Assembly (NCBI GenBank): GCA_900539465.1
Contig: UQCF01000010.1
Coordinates: forward strand, 20,515-84,514
DNA: 64,000 nt
Reading direction: 5' to 3'
Origin: an uncultured Ruminococcus sp.
Lineage (GTDB): Bacteria > Bacillota > Clostridia > Oscillospirales > Acutalibacteraceae
The notes beneath the pieces were generated by a model, which had not been told where the DNA came from, searched no databases, and saw nothing but the letters and a program-made list of their open reading frames with translations. Shown piece after piece: positions 30,015-40,304 of this stretch (within the stretch, counting starts at the first letter, position 1; each line of letters begins with the position of its first letter). The translations under genes and the position numbers were made by a program.

Positions 30015-30683
30015 ATGTATCGAATACTTATAGTTGAAGATGATTCAACCATTGCAAAAATGATAAAAAAGCATTTAATATCGTGGGGATATGAAGCTGT
30101 TTGCTCCGAAAATTTTCAAAATATCACAGAAGATTTTTTGTCGTTTAACCCGCAGCTTGTGCTTCTTGACCTGTCACTCCCCTTTTACAACGGTTTTCAC
30201 TGGTGTCAGGAGATAAGGAAGATTTCAAAAGTTCCGATAATTTTCATTTCGTCCGCGTCGGACAATATGAACATTGTTATGGCAATGAACATGGGCGGAG
30301 ACGATTTTATTGCAAAGCCGTTTGATTTGAACGTGCTTACGGCAAAAATTCAGGCAATACTTCGCAGGAGCTTTAACGGCAATATTAAAACCGCTCTTGA
30401 ATACCGCGGCGCGGTGCTGAACACCGACGACGCGAGCCTTATAATCGGCGAGGACAAAATCGAGCTTACCAAAAACGAATACAGAATTTTAAAAATTCTT
30501 ATGGAAAACAAGGGCAAAATTATCAGCCGAGACACGCTCATGCGCCAGCTTTGGGAGACCGACTGCTTTGTTGACGAAAATACACTGAGCGTAAATGTCG
30601 CAAGGCTCAGAAAAAAGCTTGAAAACGCCGGACTATCGGACTTTATCAAAACAAAAAAGGGTCTTGGGTATATAATTGAGTAG
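30015..30683 (+). CDS. OmpR family response regulator
   Basis: REC domain (ILIVEDD..LVLLDLSLP) plus winged-helix trans_reg_C domain. Confidence 0.85.
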   Translation: MYRILIVEDDSTIAKMIKKHLISWGYEAVCSENFQNITEDFLSFNPQLVLLDLSLPFYNGFHWCQEIRKISKVPIIFISSASDNMNIVMAMNMGGDDFIAKPFDLNVLTAKIQAILRRSFNGNIKTALEYRGAVLNTDDASLIIGEDKIELTKNEYRILKILMENKGKIISRDTLMRQLWETDCFVDENTLSVNVARLRKKLENAGLSDFIKTKKGLGYIIE

Positions 30684-30704
30684 GCAAAAAGCGGAGAAAT
30701 TGAC

Positions 30705-31700
30705 ATGAAGATTTTTTTAAAATATCTTAAATACAACGCCAAAAACATATTGTGCTTTGCCGTGTGCTGCGTGATTTTTGCAACGATTTTTTATTTGTTC
30801 TCGTTGCCGCTGAAAGCGGTTTTATACCCTGCTCTGCTTTGTTTGTTTTTTATTATTATTTGTGCCGCAGTCGGTTTCATTCGGTTTTATAAAAAGCATA
30901 AAATGCTTGAAAGGCTCACAAAAGAAGCGTCGGTTACGATTGAGCTTTTGCCGAAAAAACGCAATTTAATAGAAGAAGATTACCAAAACGTCATAAGAGA
31001 GCTTTTTGAATTTCAAAAGCAATTTGAGCAAAAATCAGATATAAAATACTCCGATTTGCGCGAATACTTTACACTGTGGGCACATCAGATAAAAACGCCG
31101 ATAGCGGCTATGAGCTTGATTTTGCAAAGCGATTTTGAAAATCCGCAAAGCCGCGAACTTCTTGAAGAACTGCAAAAAATAGAGCAATATGTTGAAATGG
31201 TTTTGGGATATTTGCGGCTCGAATCGGAGTCTACCGACTATATAATAAAAAAATACGACCTCGACTCTGTAATTAAGCAAGCCGTAAAAAAATATGCTTC
31301 TCAGTTTATCAGAAAAAAGATTAAGCTGTGTTACGAACCGCTCAAAAAAGAAATTCTGACGGACGAAAAATGGCTTTTGTTTGTTATTGAGCAAATACTC
31401 TCTAACTCGGTTAAATACACCAAAAGCGGCGGCAGCGTTTCAATATATTTAGAAAGCCCTGTAACTTTGTGCATAGAAGACACGGGCATAGGCATTGAAA
31501 GCGAAGACCTGCCGCGAATTTTTGAAAAAGGATACACGGGGTATAACGGACGAAGCGATAAGAAATCCTCCGGAATAGGGCTTTATTTATGCAGGAGGAT
31601 TACAGAACGGCTCGGGCATAAAATTTATGCCGAGTCAACCGTCGGAAGAGGCACGGTTATAAAAATTGACCTCGGCAGAGAAAAGGTTGAGATTGAATAA
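30705..31700 (+). CDS. Sensor histidine kinase with two TM helices and a minimal extracellular loop (intramembrane-sensing type)
   Basis: H-box region LWAHQIKTPIAAMSL and HATPase region with DTGIGIESEDLPRIFEKGYTG. Only a few residues lie between the two TM helices. Confidence 0.8.
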   Translation: MKIFLKYLKYNAKNILCFAVCCVIFATIFYLFSLPLKAVLYPALLCLFFIIICAAVGFIRFYKKHKMLERLTKEASVTIELLPKKRNLIEEDYQNVIRELFEFQKQFEQKSDIKYSDLREYFTLWAHQIKTPIAAMSLILQSDFENPQSRELLEELQKIEQYVEMVLGYLRLESESTDYIIKKYDLDSVIKQAVKKYASQFIRKKIKLCYEPLKKEILTDEKWLLFVIEQILSNSVKYTKSGGSVSIYLESPVTLCIEDTGIGIESEDLPRIFEKGYTGYNGRSDKKSSGIGLYLCRRITERLGHKIYAESTVGRGTVIKIDLGREKVEIE

Positions 31701-31764
31701 AACAAAAGCTGTACTTTACATCGGCTCGTTTGAGACATGATGTGAATTACAGCTTTTTGTTATA

Positions 31765-33512
31765 TTATTTTGCCTTTATATTGTCTTGTGCTTCAAACAG
31801 GGATTTAAAAGCTCCGTCTTTTTTCAAAAGCTCCTGCGGGTTCCCCTGCTCTGTAATTTTTCCGCCATTTATCACAAGCACTTTATCTGCCATGGCGGCT
31901 CTTTTTATATCATGGGTAATTACAACAACCGTCTTGCCGCCGACTTTACACTCATTTTGCAGCATTTCAAACATTTTGCCTGCTGTTTTTGCGTCAAGCG
32001 CCGAGGTCGGCTCATCAAGCAGCATAACGGGAGCATCGCGGTATAAAGCTCTTGCAACAGATATTCGCTGACATTCACCGCCCGATAAATTCGCGCCGAA
32101 ATCGCTGATTACAGTTTTCTCATGCTCGGGAAGTTCGCCGATAAAATCTTTCATCTGTGCTTTTTCTATCGCTTGCGAAATTTTCAGGGAATCGGGTGCT
32201 TGCGGAAAAGAAATATTATTTTCAACGGCATCGTTAAAAATGAAAGCATCCTGCAAAACCACCGAATACATTTTGCGAAGCGAATCGGTGTCAACCTCAT
32301 TTATATTTTTGCCGAACACGCGGATAGTGCCCGAAGAAACAGAAAAAAACTTGTTTACAATATCCATAAAACAAGATTTTCCTCCGCCGGAAACACCTAC
32401 GATTGATATAAACTCCCCTTTTTTGATTTTTAAATCATCTATGTGCAAGCTGAAATTTTCTCTGCCGTAAGAAAATTCAACGTTTTCAAAAGAAAAAACA
32501 GTTTCGCATGATTTATCGGGAATTATATCACTCGATAATTCGTCACTCATAGCCATTATATTGTCAAACTCATCAAATACGTTTTGAGCCGCACCGACGC
32601 TGAGCCTTGCCCTCATAATTCCGTTTAGAGACGACATAAGCGACGGAAAATATGCGATTACCGCAATCAGCGAGCCGACGGACATTTTATCTTTCAGCAC
32701 AAACAGCGCACCTAAAGCAAAAGCCGTGCCCAAAATAATCTGCGAAGCCGCATTTGGCAATACATCGCCTGCGAGACATTCGGTTTTACGGAACTTCCAT
32801 TCGGCTTTATTAAAGCGGTTCAATCCATCTTCAAAGCTGTTTTCCGCGCCTTCTTGCGCGTTATATGAGCGTATTGTTTTCATTGAATTTAATATTTGAA
32901 CAATATTTTTTTGAAGACTGCGCTGTTCTTTGAGGCCGTCATGCGACGCGCTTTTCATTTTATTTTTTTGTGCTTTAATAATTAAATATGACAGAGGAAG
33001 CACGGCGAACACCGACAAAGTCAACGCGATATTATAATGCAAAAGCATAACAAAAACGATAAGAAACTGCAAACAGCTTGAAACGATTGTTATAATTGAA
33101 TTCAAGTACATGGACGGTATGGTTTCTGCGCTTCTTGTTAAAATGTTTGACAGCGTCACCGAATCGTAGCTGCTGTACTCGGCAAAATTGCTGTGAAGAA
33201 TTTTCTTAAACGCAGCGTCCGTTACATAATATACGCATTTTTTGCCGAACCAATAATTAAGCCTGTTTTTAAGGAGTGTAACAAGAGCGGCGGCAACAGG
33301 CGCAAGCACGGCTATAACCACACAAATAATCAGTGCTCTCAAATTTTTTTCGGGAATAAACTCATCTGTTATTTTTTGATATATAACGGGCACGATTGCC
33401 GTTAAGCCGACCGCCAATGCCGATAAAGCAAAAACAGCCAAAAGACTATGTAAATATTTTTTTACGGACATTTTAATCATCTGCTTTGAAATGCTGTTGT
33501 CTTTGGCAAACA
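31765..33512 (-). CDS. ABC exporter, fused transmembrane and ATP-binding domains (MsbA/MdlB-like type I exporter)
   Basis: Six-TM N-terminal domain and C-terminal NBD (GVSGGGKS, LSGGECQRISVARAL, LLDEPTSALD). Start at ATG 33512 with AGGAGG RBS. Confidence 0.8.
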
Positions 33513-33634
33513 TAATTTCCTCCTGTGGGCTAAAATAAAAGCTACAATCCATACCCAGTCTTAATGCCGTTTGTGAATTGTAGCTTTATTTTGTCTATAT
33601 AATATACGTCAGATTACTGCTCTATTTAAAAAGC

Positions 33635-35314
33635 TTATGCTGTTTTGCCGTATTTTTTTGCCATGATATTTTTCACAACAAAGAGGAAAAGTACCGTAAG
33701 AACTATGCCGCCTGCAAGGCAGATCCATGCGTTCTGAACAAAGCCTGCGACAATAAACATTACAAATGATATTGCGGCAACACTTATTGCATATGGCATC
33801 TGTGTTGAAACGTGGTTAATGTGGTTGCACTGACCGCCTGCCGATGACATGATGGTTGTATCGGATATGGGTGAGCAGTGGTCGCCGCATACAGCACCTG
33901 CAAGGCAAGCCGAAATACCGATAACCATAAGCTCTGATTGGTCGCTGCCCGTGAATATATATGTAACAATCGGAATAAGAATACCGAATGTTCCCCACGA
34001 CGTACCTGTTGCAAATGCAAGTCCGCATGCTACAAGGAAGATTATAGCCGGGAGGAATTTATCAAGGCCGCCTGCCGCACTGCTCATTACGTCTGCAACG
34101 AAATATTTAGCACCGAGTGCCGCTGTCATATTTTTAAGAGATGTTGCAAAGGTAAGAATCAATATTGCGGGAACCATGGCTATAAAGCCCTTGGGTACTG
34201 CCGCCATGGCGTCTTTGAAGCTGATAAGTCTTCTAAGCATAAGGAATACGATAATCGCAACAAGAGAAATGAGTCCGCCCCACGGCAAACCGAAGGTTGC
34301 GTCTGTATTTGCAAATGCGTCTATAAAGTTTACGCCGTCGAGTATTCCGCCGACATATACAAGTGCGAATACGCAGCAAACTATAAGAAGAATAATCGGG
34401 AAAATAAGGTCTATGACCTTGCCTTTTTCAGAGAATGTTTCTTCTTCGGATTCGTTTCTGTCACCGCTTGTGTAAAGGTCGCCCTTGGTCATTGCGTTAA
34501 ACTCGTGAACGCGCATCGGACCGTAATCGAACTTCATGAGCGTAATTGCAATTATGAAAACAAGGGTCAAAAGTGAATAGTAGTTATAGGGAATTGCGGT
34601 TATGAAAAGGTCAAGTCCCTTGCCGTCCTCGGCATATGCAGAAACCGCAGCCGCCCAGCTTGAGATGGGAGCTATCATACATACGGGTGCCGCTGTGGCA
34701 TCTATAAGATAAGAAAGCTTTGCTCTTGAGATTTTATGACCGTCTGTAACAGGTCTCATAACAGAGCCGACTGTGAGGCAGTTAAAATAGTCGTCAATAA
34801 AAATAAGTACACCGAGTGCCATTGTTGCAAGCGCCGCGCCTGCTCTTGACTTTATGTGCTTTGAGGCCCATTTGCCGAATGCGGCAGATCCGCCTGCTTT
34901 ATTAACAAGGGCAACAACTATACCGAGTTCAACAAGGAATATGAATATACCCGCGCTGTCTGCAACCGCGCTTTGAAGTCCATTGCCTATCAAAGCATCC
35001 ATTGTTTTGGTAAATGAAAAATTAGAATAAATAATAGCACCTGCCAAAATACCTATAAACAAAGAGCTGTAAACCTCTTTTGTTATAAGCGCAAGACCTA
35101 TTGCTATTACCGGCGGCAAAAGAGCCCAAATCGAACCTCTTACCTCGCCTGTTCCCTCGCAGGTTTCGCAAGCTACGCCGTCAACCAAGCCTGTTGCATG
35201 GCAATCGGAACATTTTACCATTGCAAGAGCACTGTCTGAAACGGCAAGAAAGACCATAAGACCCACTATCACAAAACAAGCGATAATGAGAACAATCTTT
35301 TTTGTTTTTGTCAT
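33635..35314 (-). CDS. NhaC family Na+/H+ antiporter with N-terminal TM helix and a CxxCxGxG-x9-CxxCxGxG zinc-finger extension
   Basis: Core resembles NhaC (LLPPVIAIGLALITKEV...). N-terminal about 55 aa contain CSDCHATG and CETCEGTG, which are DnaJ-type cysteine-rich repeats. Confidence 0.65.
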   Translation of the reverse strand: MTKTKKIVLIIACFVIVGLMVFLAVSDSALAMVKCSDCHATGLVDGVACETCEGTGEVRGSIWALLPPVIAIGLALITKEVYSSLFIGILAGAIIYSNFSFTKTMDALIGNGLQSAVADSAGIFIFLVELGIVVALVNKAGGSAAFGKWASKHIKSRAGAALATMALGVLIFIDDYFNCLTVGSVMRPVTDGHKISRAKLSYLIDATAAPVCMIAPISSWAAAVSAYAEDGKGLDLFITAIPYNYYSLLTLVFIIAITLMKFDYGPMRVHEFNAMTKGDLYTSGDRNESEEETFSEKGKVIDLIFPIILLIVCCVFALVYVGGILDGVNFIDAFANTDATFGLPWGGLISLVAIIVFLMLRRLISFKDAMAAVPKGFIAMVPAILILTFATSLKNMTAALGAKYFVADVMSSAAGGLDKFLPAIIFLVACGLAFATGTSWGTFGILIPIVTYIFTGSDQSELMVIGISACLAGAVCGDHCSPISDTTIMSSAGGQCNHINHVSTQMPYAISVAAISFVMFIVAGFVQNAWICLAGGIVLTVLFLFVVKNIMAKKYGKTA

Positions 35315-35473
35315 TTTTCTTCCTCCTAAATTTTACTCCCTAAAGGTTATTGGGGAATTACCTTGATAAGCCCCCTCTTTTTTCACAAGCCGTTATGTAA
35401 CCGTACCGGCGGCTTTAATGTGATAAAAAGACTTTAACAGTTTAGCACAAAAAAACGAATATGGCAATAGCAA

Positions 35474-35508
35474 ATAAAAAAATCCTGCCGAAAAGACAGG
35501 ATTTTTTG
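35474..35508 (-). terminator. Rho-independent terminator of the symporter gene
   Basis: 7-bp stem AATCCTG/CAGGATT flanked by A7 and T6; on the minus strand it follows the stop at 35518. Confidence 0.55.
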
Positions 35509-35517
35509 TCGGTTAAA

Positions 35518-37086
35518 TCAAGTTTCGTTATATGTGCGGGCTTTTTCAAACTCTTCTTCAATCTGTTTTGAGGGTTTCTCTGTGCAAAGCGAAACCACTA
35601 CTATAAATATGCACGAAACAAGGAACGCCGGAAGAAGCTCGTATATTCCGAATACGCCGCCGAGGGGTTTTAACAAAAGTTTCCATACAAATACGGTAAT
35701 TCCGCCGGAAAGCATACCTGCAATCGCGCCGGCTCTGTTGACTCTCTTCCAGAAAAGCGAGAACAAAATTATCGGACCGAATGTTGCACCGAATCCCGAC
35801 CATGCAAATGAAACGACCTCAAAAATAACGCTGTTTTCGTTCCATGCAATCGCAATACCGACAGCGGTTATTACAAGAAGTATAATTCTTGAAAGCTTCA
35901 TAACCTGCTTATCTGTGGCGTCTTTTTTGATTATACCCTCAAAGAGATTCTTTGAAACCGCAGAAGCGGCAATAAGAAGGTATGAATCGGAAGAGCTGAT
36001 TGTTGCGGCAAGGATACCTGCCATAACAACGCCTGCGAGAAGCGGGTGGAAAAGAAGCTGTGCAAGATGTGCAAACACATTTTCGGCACCGCTTTGAGTT
36101 GCGAGAGCCGCATCTGTGGGAAGAATAAATCTGCCGAGTACGCCGATAGACACGGCCGCCGTAAGAGAAATGAGAACCCAAACGGTTGCAATGCGGCGGG
36201 ACATTTTAAGCTCCGAGCTTTTACGAATTGCCATAAAGCGAAGAAGAACCTGCGGAACGCCGAAATATCCGAGACCCCATGAAAGAGTTGAAAGTATGGT
36301 AAGCACGCTGTATTTTGAAGAGTCGCCGAAAAGAGGCGAGTTGTTAACAGCCTGCTGAACACCGTCTGCATCTGTAACGGGAGTTGCCGTTGCGGTAAGG
36401 GAGAGATAACCGGGAATCTCTCTTGCATTTTGAATAACTGCTTCTATTCCGCCGGCATGAATAACACCGCATACAAGCACGCCTACAAGGGCGATAATCA
36501 TAACCACCGCCTGCATAAAATCAGACGCGCTCTCTGCGAGGAAACCGCCGAGGATAGTGTATATAAGAACAAATGCGGCACCTACAAACAGCATTGAATG
36601 ATATGAGTAGCCGAAAAGACCCGAGAACAGTTTGCCGCAAGTTACAAAACAGCTCGCCGCATAGATTGTGAAGAAAATAAGGATAAAAACAGCAGATATG
36701 CCGAGAATAACCTTTTTCTTTTCATGAAAGCGGTTGCTCAAAAAATCGGGAACGGTTATTGAATCGCCCGACACAATGGAATATGACCTGAGTCTTTTTG
36801 AAACAATAAGCCAGTTGACATAAGTGCCGACGGCAAGGCCGATAGCTGTCCATGCGGCGTCCGCAATTCCGCACCAATATGCAACGCCGGGCAAGCCCAT
36901 CAAAAGCCAGCCACTCATGTCTGAGGCTTCTGCGCTCATTGCCGCAACCCACGGTCCGAGTGAACGCCCGCCGAGAAAGTAATTCTCTGAGTTTTGCTGT
37001 GATCTCTTGGCAAAAAATACACCTATCATGATAACGATGAGTATATATCCTACCATGGCAATCAACAGCTGAATTTTGTCATCCAT
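35518..37086 (-). CDS. Sodium:solute symporter, PutP-like (sodium/proline symporter family)
   Basis: Strong similarity to PutP N-terminal region: FLGGRSLGPWVAAMSAEASDMSGWLLMGLPG; 522 aa. Confidence 0.8.
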   Translation of the reverse strand: MDDKIQLLIAMVGYILIVIMIGVFFAKRSQQNSENYFLGGRSLGPWVAAMSAEASDMSGWLLMGLPGVAYWCGIADAAWTAIGLAVGTYVNWLIVSKRLRSYSIVSGDSITVPDFLSNRFHEKKKVILGISAVFILIFFTIYAASCFVTCGKLFSGLFGYSYHSMLFVGAAFVLIYTILGGFLAESASDFMQAVVMIIALVGVLVCGVIHAGGIEAVIQNAREIPGYLSLTATATPVTDADGVQQAVNNSPLFGDSSKYSVLTILSTLSWGLGYFGVPQVLLRFMAIRKSSELKMSRRIATVWVLISLTAAVSIGVLGRFILPTDAALATQSGAENVFAHLAQLLFHPLLAGVVMAGILAATISSSDSYLLIAASAVSKNLFEGIIKKDATDKQVMKLSRIILLVITAVGIAIAWNENSVIFEVVSFAWSGFGATFGPIILFSLFWKRVNRAGAIAGMLSGGITVFVWKLLLKPLGGVFGIYELLPAFLVSCIFIVVVSLCTEKPSKQIEEEFEKARTYNET

Positions 37087-37107
37087 TTAATCATCCCTCA
37101 AAATTTA

Positions 37108-37150
37108 TTTATGATAAAACATCATAGAATTTATGACATTTTATCATAAA
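37108..37150. promoter_or_regulatory. 12-bp inverted repeat in the symporter promoter region (candidate operator)
   Basis: TTTATGATAAAA at 37108-37119 and its exact reverse complement TTTTATCATAAA at 37139-37150, 22-64 nt upstream of the putP-like start codon. Confidence 0.3.
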
Positions 37151-37199
37151 TAGAAATCAAATACAACAAAAATTTTTAATTTAGGCAGATAACGGTAAA

Positions 37200-37234
37200 A
37201 GTGCCTGTCATTTAAGCATGGCAGGCACTTTTTG
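37200..37234. terminator. Hairpin terminator downstream of ricT/yaaT
   Basis: 8-bp stem AGTGCCTG/CAGGCACT followed by TTTTT; A-run on the other side. Confidence 0.5.
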
Positions 37235-37237
37235 TTA

Positions 37238-38101
37238 TCATTCAATATCTTTAAGAGCTTCGAGCTCGTCTTTTTCAACCTGAATTTTTTTATCTCTTAT
37301 AACCTTTACGTCTCTGCGGTCATATGCGGCCGGAGCGGCGTCCGCTTTTTTATCAAGCTGAACCTTTACGATTCCGCGAAGAAGGTTAACGTCAACCACT
37401 TTACCGCGACCCTCCGGCGTTTCAACTATTGCGCCCGTTTTTGGGGTAATTCTCAAAAGATGGTCATAAGCGTTTTGCTCATATTTAAGGCAGCACATAA
37501 GTCTGCCGCAGGTTCCGCTGATTTTTGTAGGGTTGAGCGAGAGTCCCTGCTCCTTAGCCATTTTGACCGTAACGGGCTGAAAGTCGCCGAGGAATGAGCT
37601 GCAGCAAAACGGTCTGCCGCAGATACCGATGCCGCCGAGCATCTTTGACTCGTCGCGCACGCCGATTTGGCGAAGTTCTATTCTTGTGTGGAATACGCTC
37701 GCAAGGTCTTTAACAAGCTCGCGGAAATCAACTCTTCCGTCTGCGGTGAAATAAAAGAGTATTTTGCTGTTGTCAAAGGTGTATTCAATATCAACAAGCT
37801 TCATATCAAGCCCATGCTTGAGTATTTTCTTTTCGCATATTTCAAAAGCTTCTTTTTCTTTCTTTTTATTTTCTTTTACTTTGTCGATATCCTCGTCTGT
37901 GGCAACGCGCACAAGCTTTTTGAGGGGCTTTACTATTTCTTCCTCGCTGACATCGCGGTTCTCCATAGCTACCTCGCCGCACTCAACGCCGCGCGCAGTC
38001 TCTACAATAACCATATCGCCCTTTTTAAGGGAGTGTCCGTCAGGGTCAAAATAATAAACCTTGCCGACTTCTTTAAATCTTACACCGACTACTTCTGCCA
38101 T
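37238..38101 (-). CDS. ricT: PSP1 C-terminal domain protein RicT/YaaT (stage 0 sporulation / RNase Y specificity factor family)
   Basis: MAEVVGVRFKEVGKVYYFDP and the Cys-rich segment GICGRPFCCSSFL...CGRLMCCLKYE typical of YaaT. Start at ATG 38101 with AAGGAGA RBS. Confidence 0.8.
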   Translation of the reverse strand: MAEVVGVRFKEVGKVYYFDPDGHSLKKGDMVIVETARGVECGEVAMENRDVSEEEIVKPLKKLVRVATDEDIDKVKENKKKEKEAFEICEKKILKHGLDMKLVDIEYTFDNSKILFYFTADGRVDFRELVKDLASVFHTRIELRQIGVRDESKMLGGIGICGRPFCCSSFLGDFQPVTVKMAKEQGLSLNPTKISGTCGRLMCCLKYEQNAYDHLLRITPKTGAIVETPEGRGKVVDVNLLRGIVKVQLDKKADAAPAAYDRRDVKVIRDKKIQVEKDELEALKDIE

Positions 38102-38114
38102 AGGTGTTATCTCC

Positions 38115-38996
38115 TTATCCCCTCGCCGTTTGCCGCATAACACTGCAAAACCGTGTTATAAGCAAGTTGAGGTTTGCGTTTTTTTGTATCAATGCACTCA
38201 GCTCATTAGTTTTGTCAATCAAGTTTAAAAGATTGGGCAAAGCCAATGACGAGGCAAGCCTCGCTGCCGCCTCGGTTTCGTCACCGATAAACGGAGCGTT
38301 ATTTTTATATGCAACGGCGTCTCTGAAAATCACCTGCATTTTTTGAAGAGTTAAGCTTAACAGCTCCTTATCTTTTTCAAAGACACCTGTTTGTGACATA
38401 AAATCATATTCGGCGCTTGACAAAATGCTCACTGCAAGTGATTTTGCCAAATCATGCGCCTTTTGTTCTTTTTCGTCCGAAATCTTTTTTTCTCCGCTCA
38501 AAAAATATCCTGTTGCTCTTGAACGGATAGTCTCAAGCATTGAAGCCGGAACATCACTGCAAAGAATGAATTTGACATCTTTCGGCGGCTCCTCAAGTAT
38601 TTTTAAAAAGGCATTCTGCGCGCCTGAATTCATTGTTTGAGCGTCTTTTATTATAAATATTTTGCCATCTGCTTCGTTTGGCTTTATGTAAGCGGACGGA
38701 ATTATATTATCTCTGACAATTTTAACCGAAAACTCTTTTTTATCTTTCTCACGTTCAAAAGTCAATACATCGGGGTGCGAGCGGTGCATTATCTTTTGGC
38801 AATTTCTGCACACTCCGCAAGGCTTGTCCCCGTCTGCCGTACACAATGCGGCGCTTGCCAAAAACAGCGCAAACTCATATGCGGAATCGGCATCCGGCGA
38901 ATAAGCGATTATGGCATGAGGCAGTCTGCCTGCCGCAATATGCGACGAGAGCTCTGCCTTTGCCTTTTGAGAAAGGCCGAAATCATTAACTGTCAT
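38115..38996 (-). CDS. holB: DNA polymerase III subunit delta prime
   Basis: HAIIAYSPDADSAYEFALFLASAALC, zinc module CGVCRNCQ, AAA-like box FIIKDAQTMNSGAQNAFLKILEEPP. Confidence 0.8.
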   Translation of the reverse strand: MTVNDFGLSQKAKAELSSHIAAGRLPHAIIAYSPDADSAYEFALFLASAALCTADGDKPCGVCRNCQKIMHRSHPDVLTFEREKDKKEFSVKIVRDNIIPSAYIKPNEADGKIFIIKDAQTMNSGAQNAFLKILEEPPKDVKFILCSDVPASMLETIRSRATGYFLSGEKKISDEKEQKAHDLAKSLAVSILSSAEYDFMSQTGVFEKDKELLSLTLQKMQVIFRDAVAYKNNAPFIGDETEAAARLASSLALPNLLNLIDKTNELSALIQKNANLNLLITRFCSVMRQTARG

Positions 38997-38998
38997 AA

Positions 38999-39322
38999 TT
39001 ACATCTTATAAAACTGCTCAACATCAAGAATAAACACGGTTGCGCCGCCTACGGTTATTTTAACCGGCACCGAATTTATCATTTCGGTTGCATATGCTGG
39101 CATAACAGATGTTATCTCTTCGCGTTTGGAGCAGTTTTGTCTGAGAATTTCAAGTGCTTTTTCGAGTCTTTCTTCTTCAACACCCATTATAAGAGTGAGG
39201 TTGCCCGCCTTTAAAAATCCGCCGGTGGTCGAAAGCTTGGTGGCATAAAGACCCGCTCGGCTGATTTCGCTGAGGACCTTATGAGAGTCGTCGTTGTTTA
39301 TTATAGCTATTATAAGTTTCAT
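38999..39322 (-). CDS. darA: PII-like cyclic-di-AMP receptor DarA (YaaQ)
   Basis: 107 aa PII-like fold. Conserved synteny darA-holB-ricT as in Bacillus yaaQ-holB-yaaT. Confidence 0.75.
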   Translation of the reverse strand: MKLIIAIINNDDSHKVLSEISRAGLYATKLSTTGGFLKAGNLTLIMGVEEERLEKALEILRQNCSKREEITSVMPAYATEMINSVPVKITVGGATVFILDVEQFYKM

Positions 39323-39344
39323 AAAAACGTCCTTTCTTTAAGCT

Positions 39345-40295
39345 TTAAGAAAATGTTGTTACAAATGCAATTATAAGCGGCATTGTCAATATTGAAATAA
39401 AGCTGACGAGCGCCACGGTCTGCGAAGCAAGCGAAGTATCTTTGCCGTACTTTGCGCTGAACATGACCGTGTTGTTTGCCGACGGAGCACATGATGAAAT
39501 CATCAAAGCACACATCAGCGTTCCGCCGAGGCCGAAAGCTTTATATATCAAAAACATAACGGCAGGAAGCATCAACAGCTTTATCAGTGCCGCAAGCAAA
39601 ATCTTTTTTCTTTTAAAAAGAGATGAAAGATTTGTGTTTGCAAGGAATGTGCCGAAAACAATCATTGCAAGCGGAGTCTGCATTGCGTCGATATAAGCCA
39701 CGGGTGCCGTGACGATTCTGGGCAAATCAATATTCAGCAAATAAAACGGAAGACCGACTGCCACCGCCAAAACGCCGGGATTTAAAAGCAGTGTTTTAAA
39801 ATTGAATTTCCCCTTGCCGGTGTCCATAATATAAATACCGTGCGTAAATGAGATTATATTAAACGCAATCACAACGCCGGAGCAATAAAACACACCTTCG
39901 CTGCCGAGTATCGCATCGGTAAGCGGCAAGGTCATATAACCGACATTGCCGTAAATACTGGCAAATTTATATACGGCATTTTCATCGGCATCTCCCCTTT
40001 TATAAACCGGGTAAGAAATGATGATTGCCGCAAAGTGAATTAAAAATCCGCAGCCGACCGCTATCAAAAGCTTTTTTGCCGAGTCGGCGGAATAGCTTTG
40101 CGAAAAGAACGAATTTATTATCACTGCCGGTGTAACGATATAAAATAAAAGGTCTGTGCACGCCTTTGCCGTTTTTTCGGTAAAGATTTTTGTTTTGTCG
40201 GCTATGAAACCGACAAGCACAAGAATATAAAGTATACCCACCTGTTCGGCGGCAATTTTAACATTTGAAATAAAAGCCGATGAATCCTCAAACAT
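39345..40295 (-). CDS. AEC (auxin efflux carrier) family transporter
   Basis: 316 aa, two five-TM halves typical of the AEC/malate permease family. Confidence 0.7.
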   Translation of the reverse strand: MFEDSSAFISNVKIAAEQVGILYILVLVGFIADKTKIFTEKTAKACTDLLFYIVTPAVIINSFFSQSYSADSAKKLLIAVGCGFLIHFAAIIISYPVYKRGDADENAVYKFASIYGNVGYMTLPLTDAILGSEGVFYCSGVVIAFNIISFTHGIYIMDTGKGKFNFKTLLLNPGVLAVAVGLPFYLLNIDLPRIVTAPVAYIDAMQTPLAMIVFGTFLANTNLSSLFKRKKILLAALIKLLMLPAVMFLIYKAFGLGGTLMCALMISSCAPSANNTVMFSAKYGKDTSLASQTVALVSFISILTMPLIIAFVTTFS

Positions 40296-40304
40296 TTACA
40301 ACCC

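Noticed and set aside
33784-34576. Several 70-212-aa ORFs on both strands inside the NhaC gene
   Set aside because: They are Cys/Arg-rich or low-complexity translations in frames overlapping a well-supported transporter gene. They have no RBS and are typical spurious antisense ORFs.
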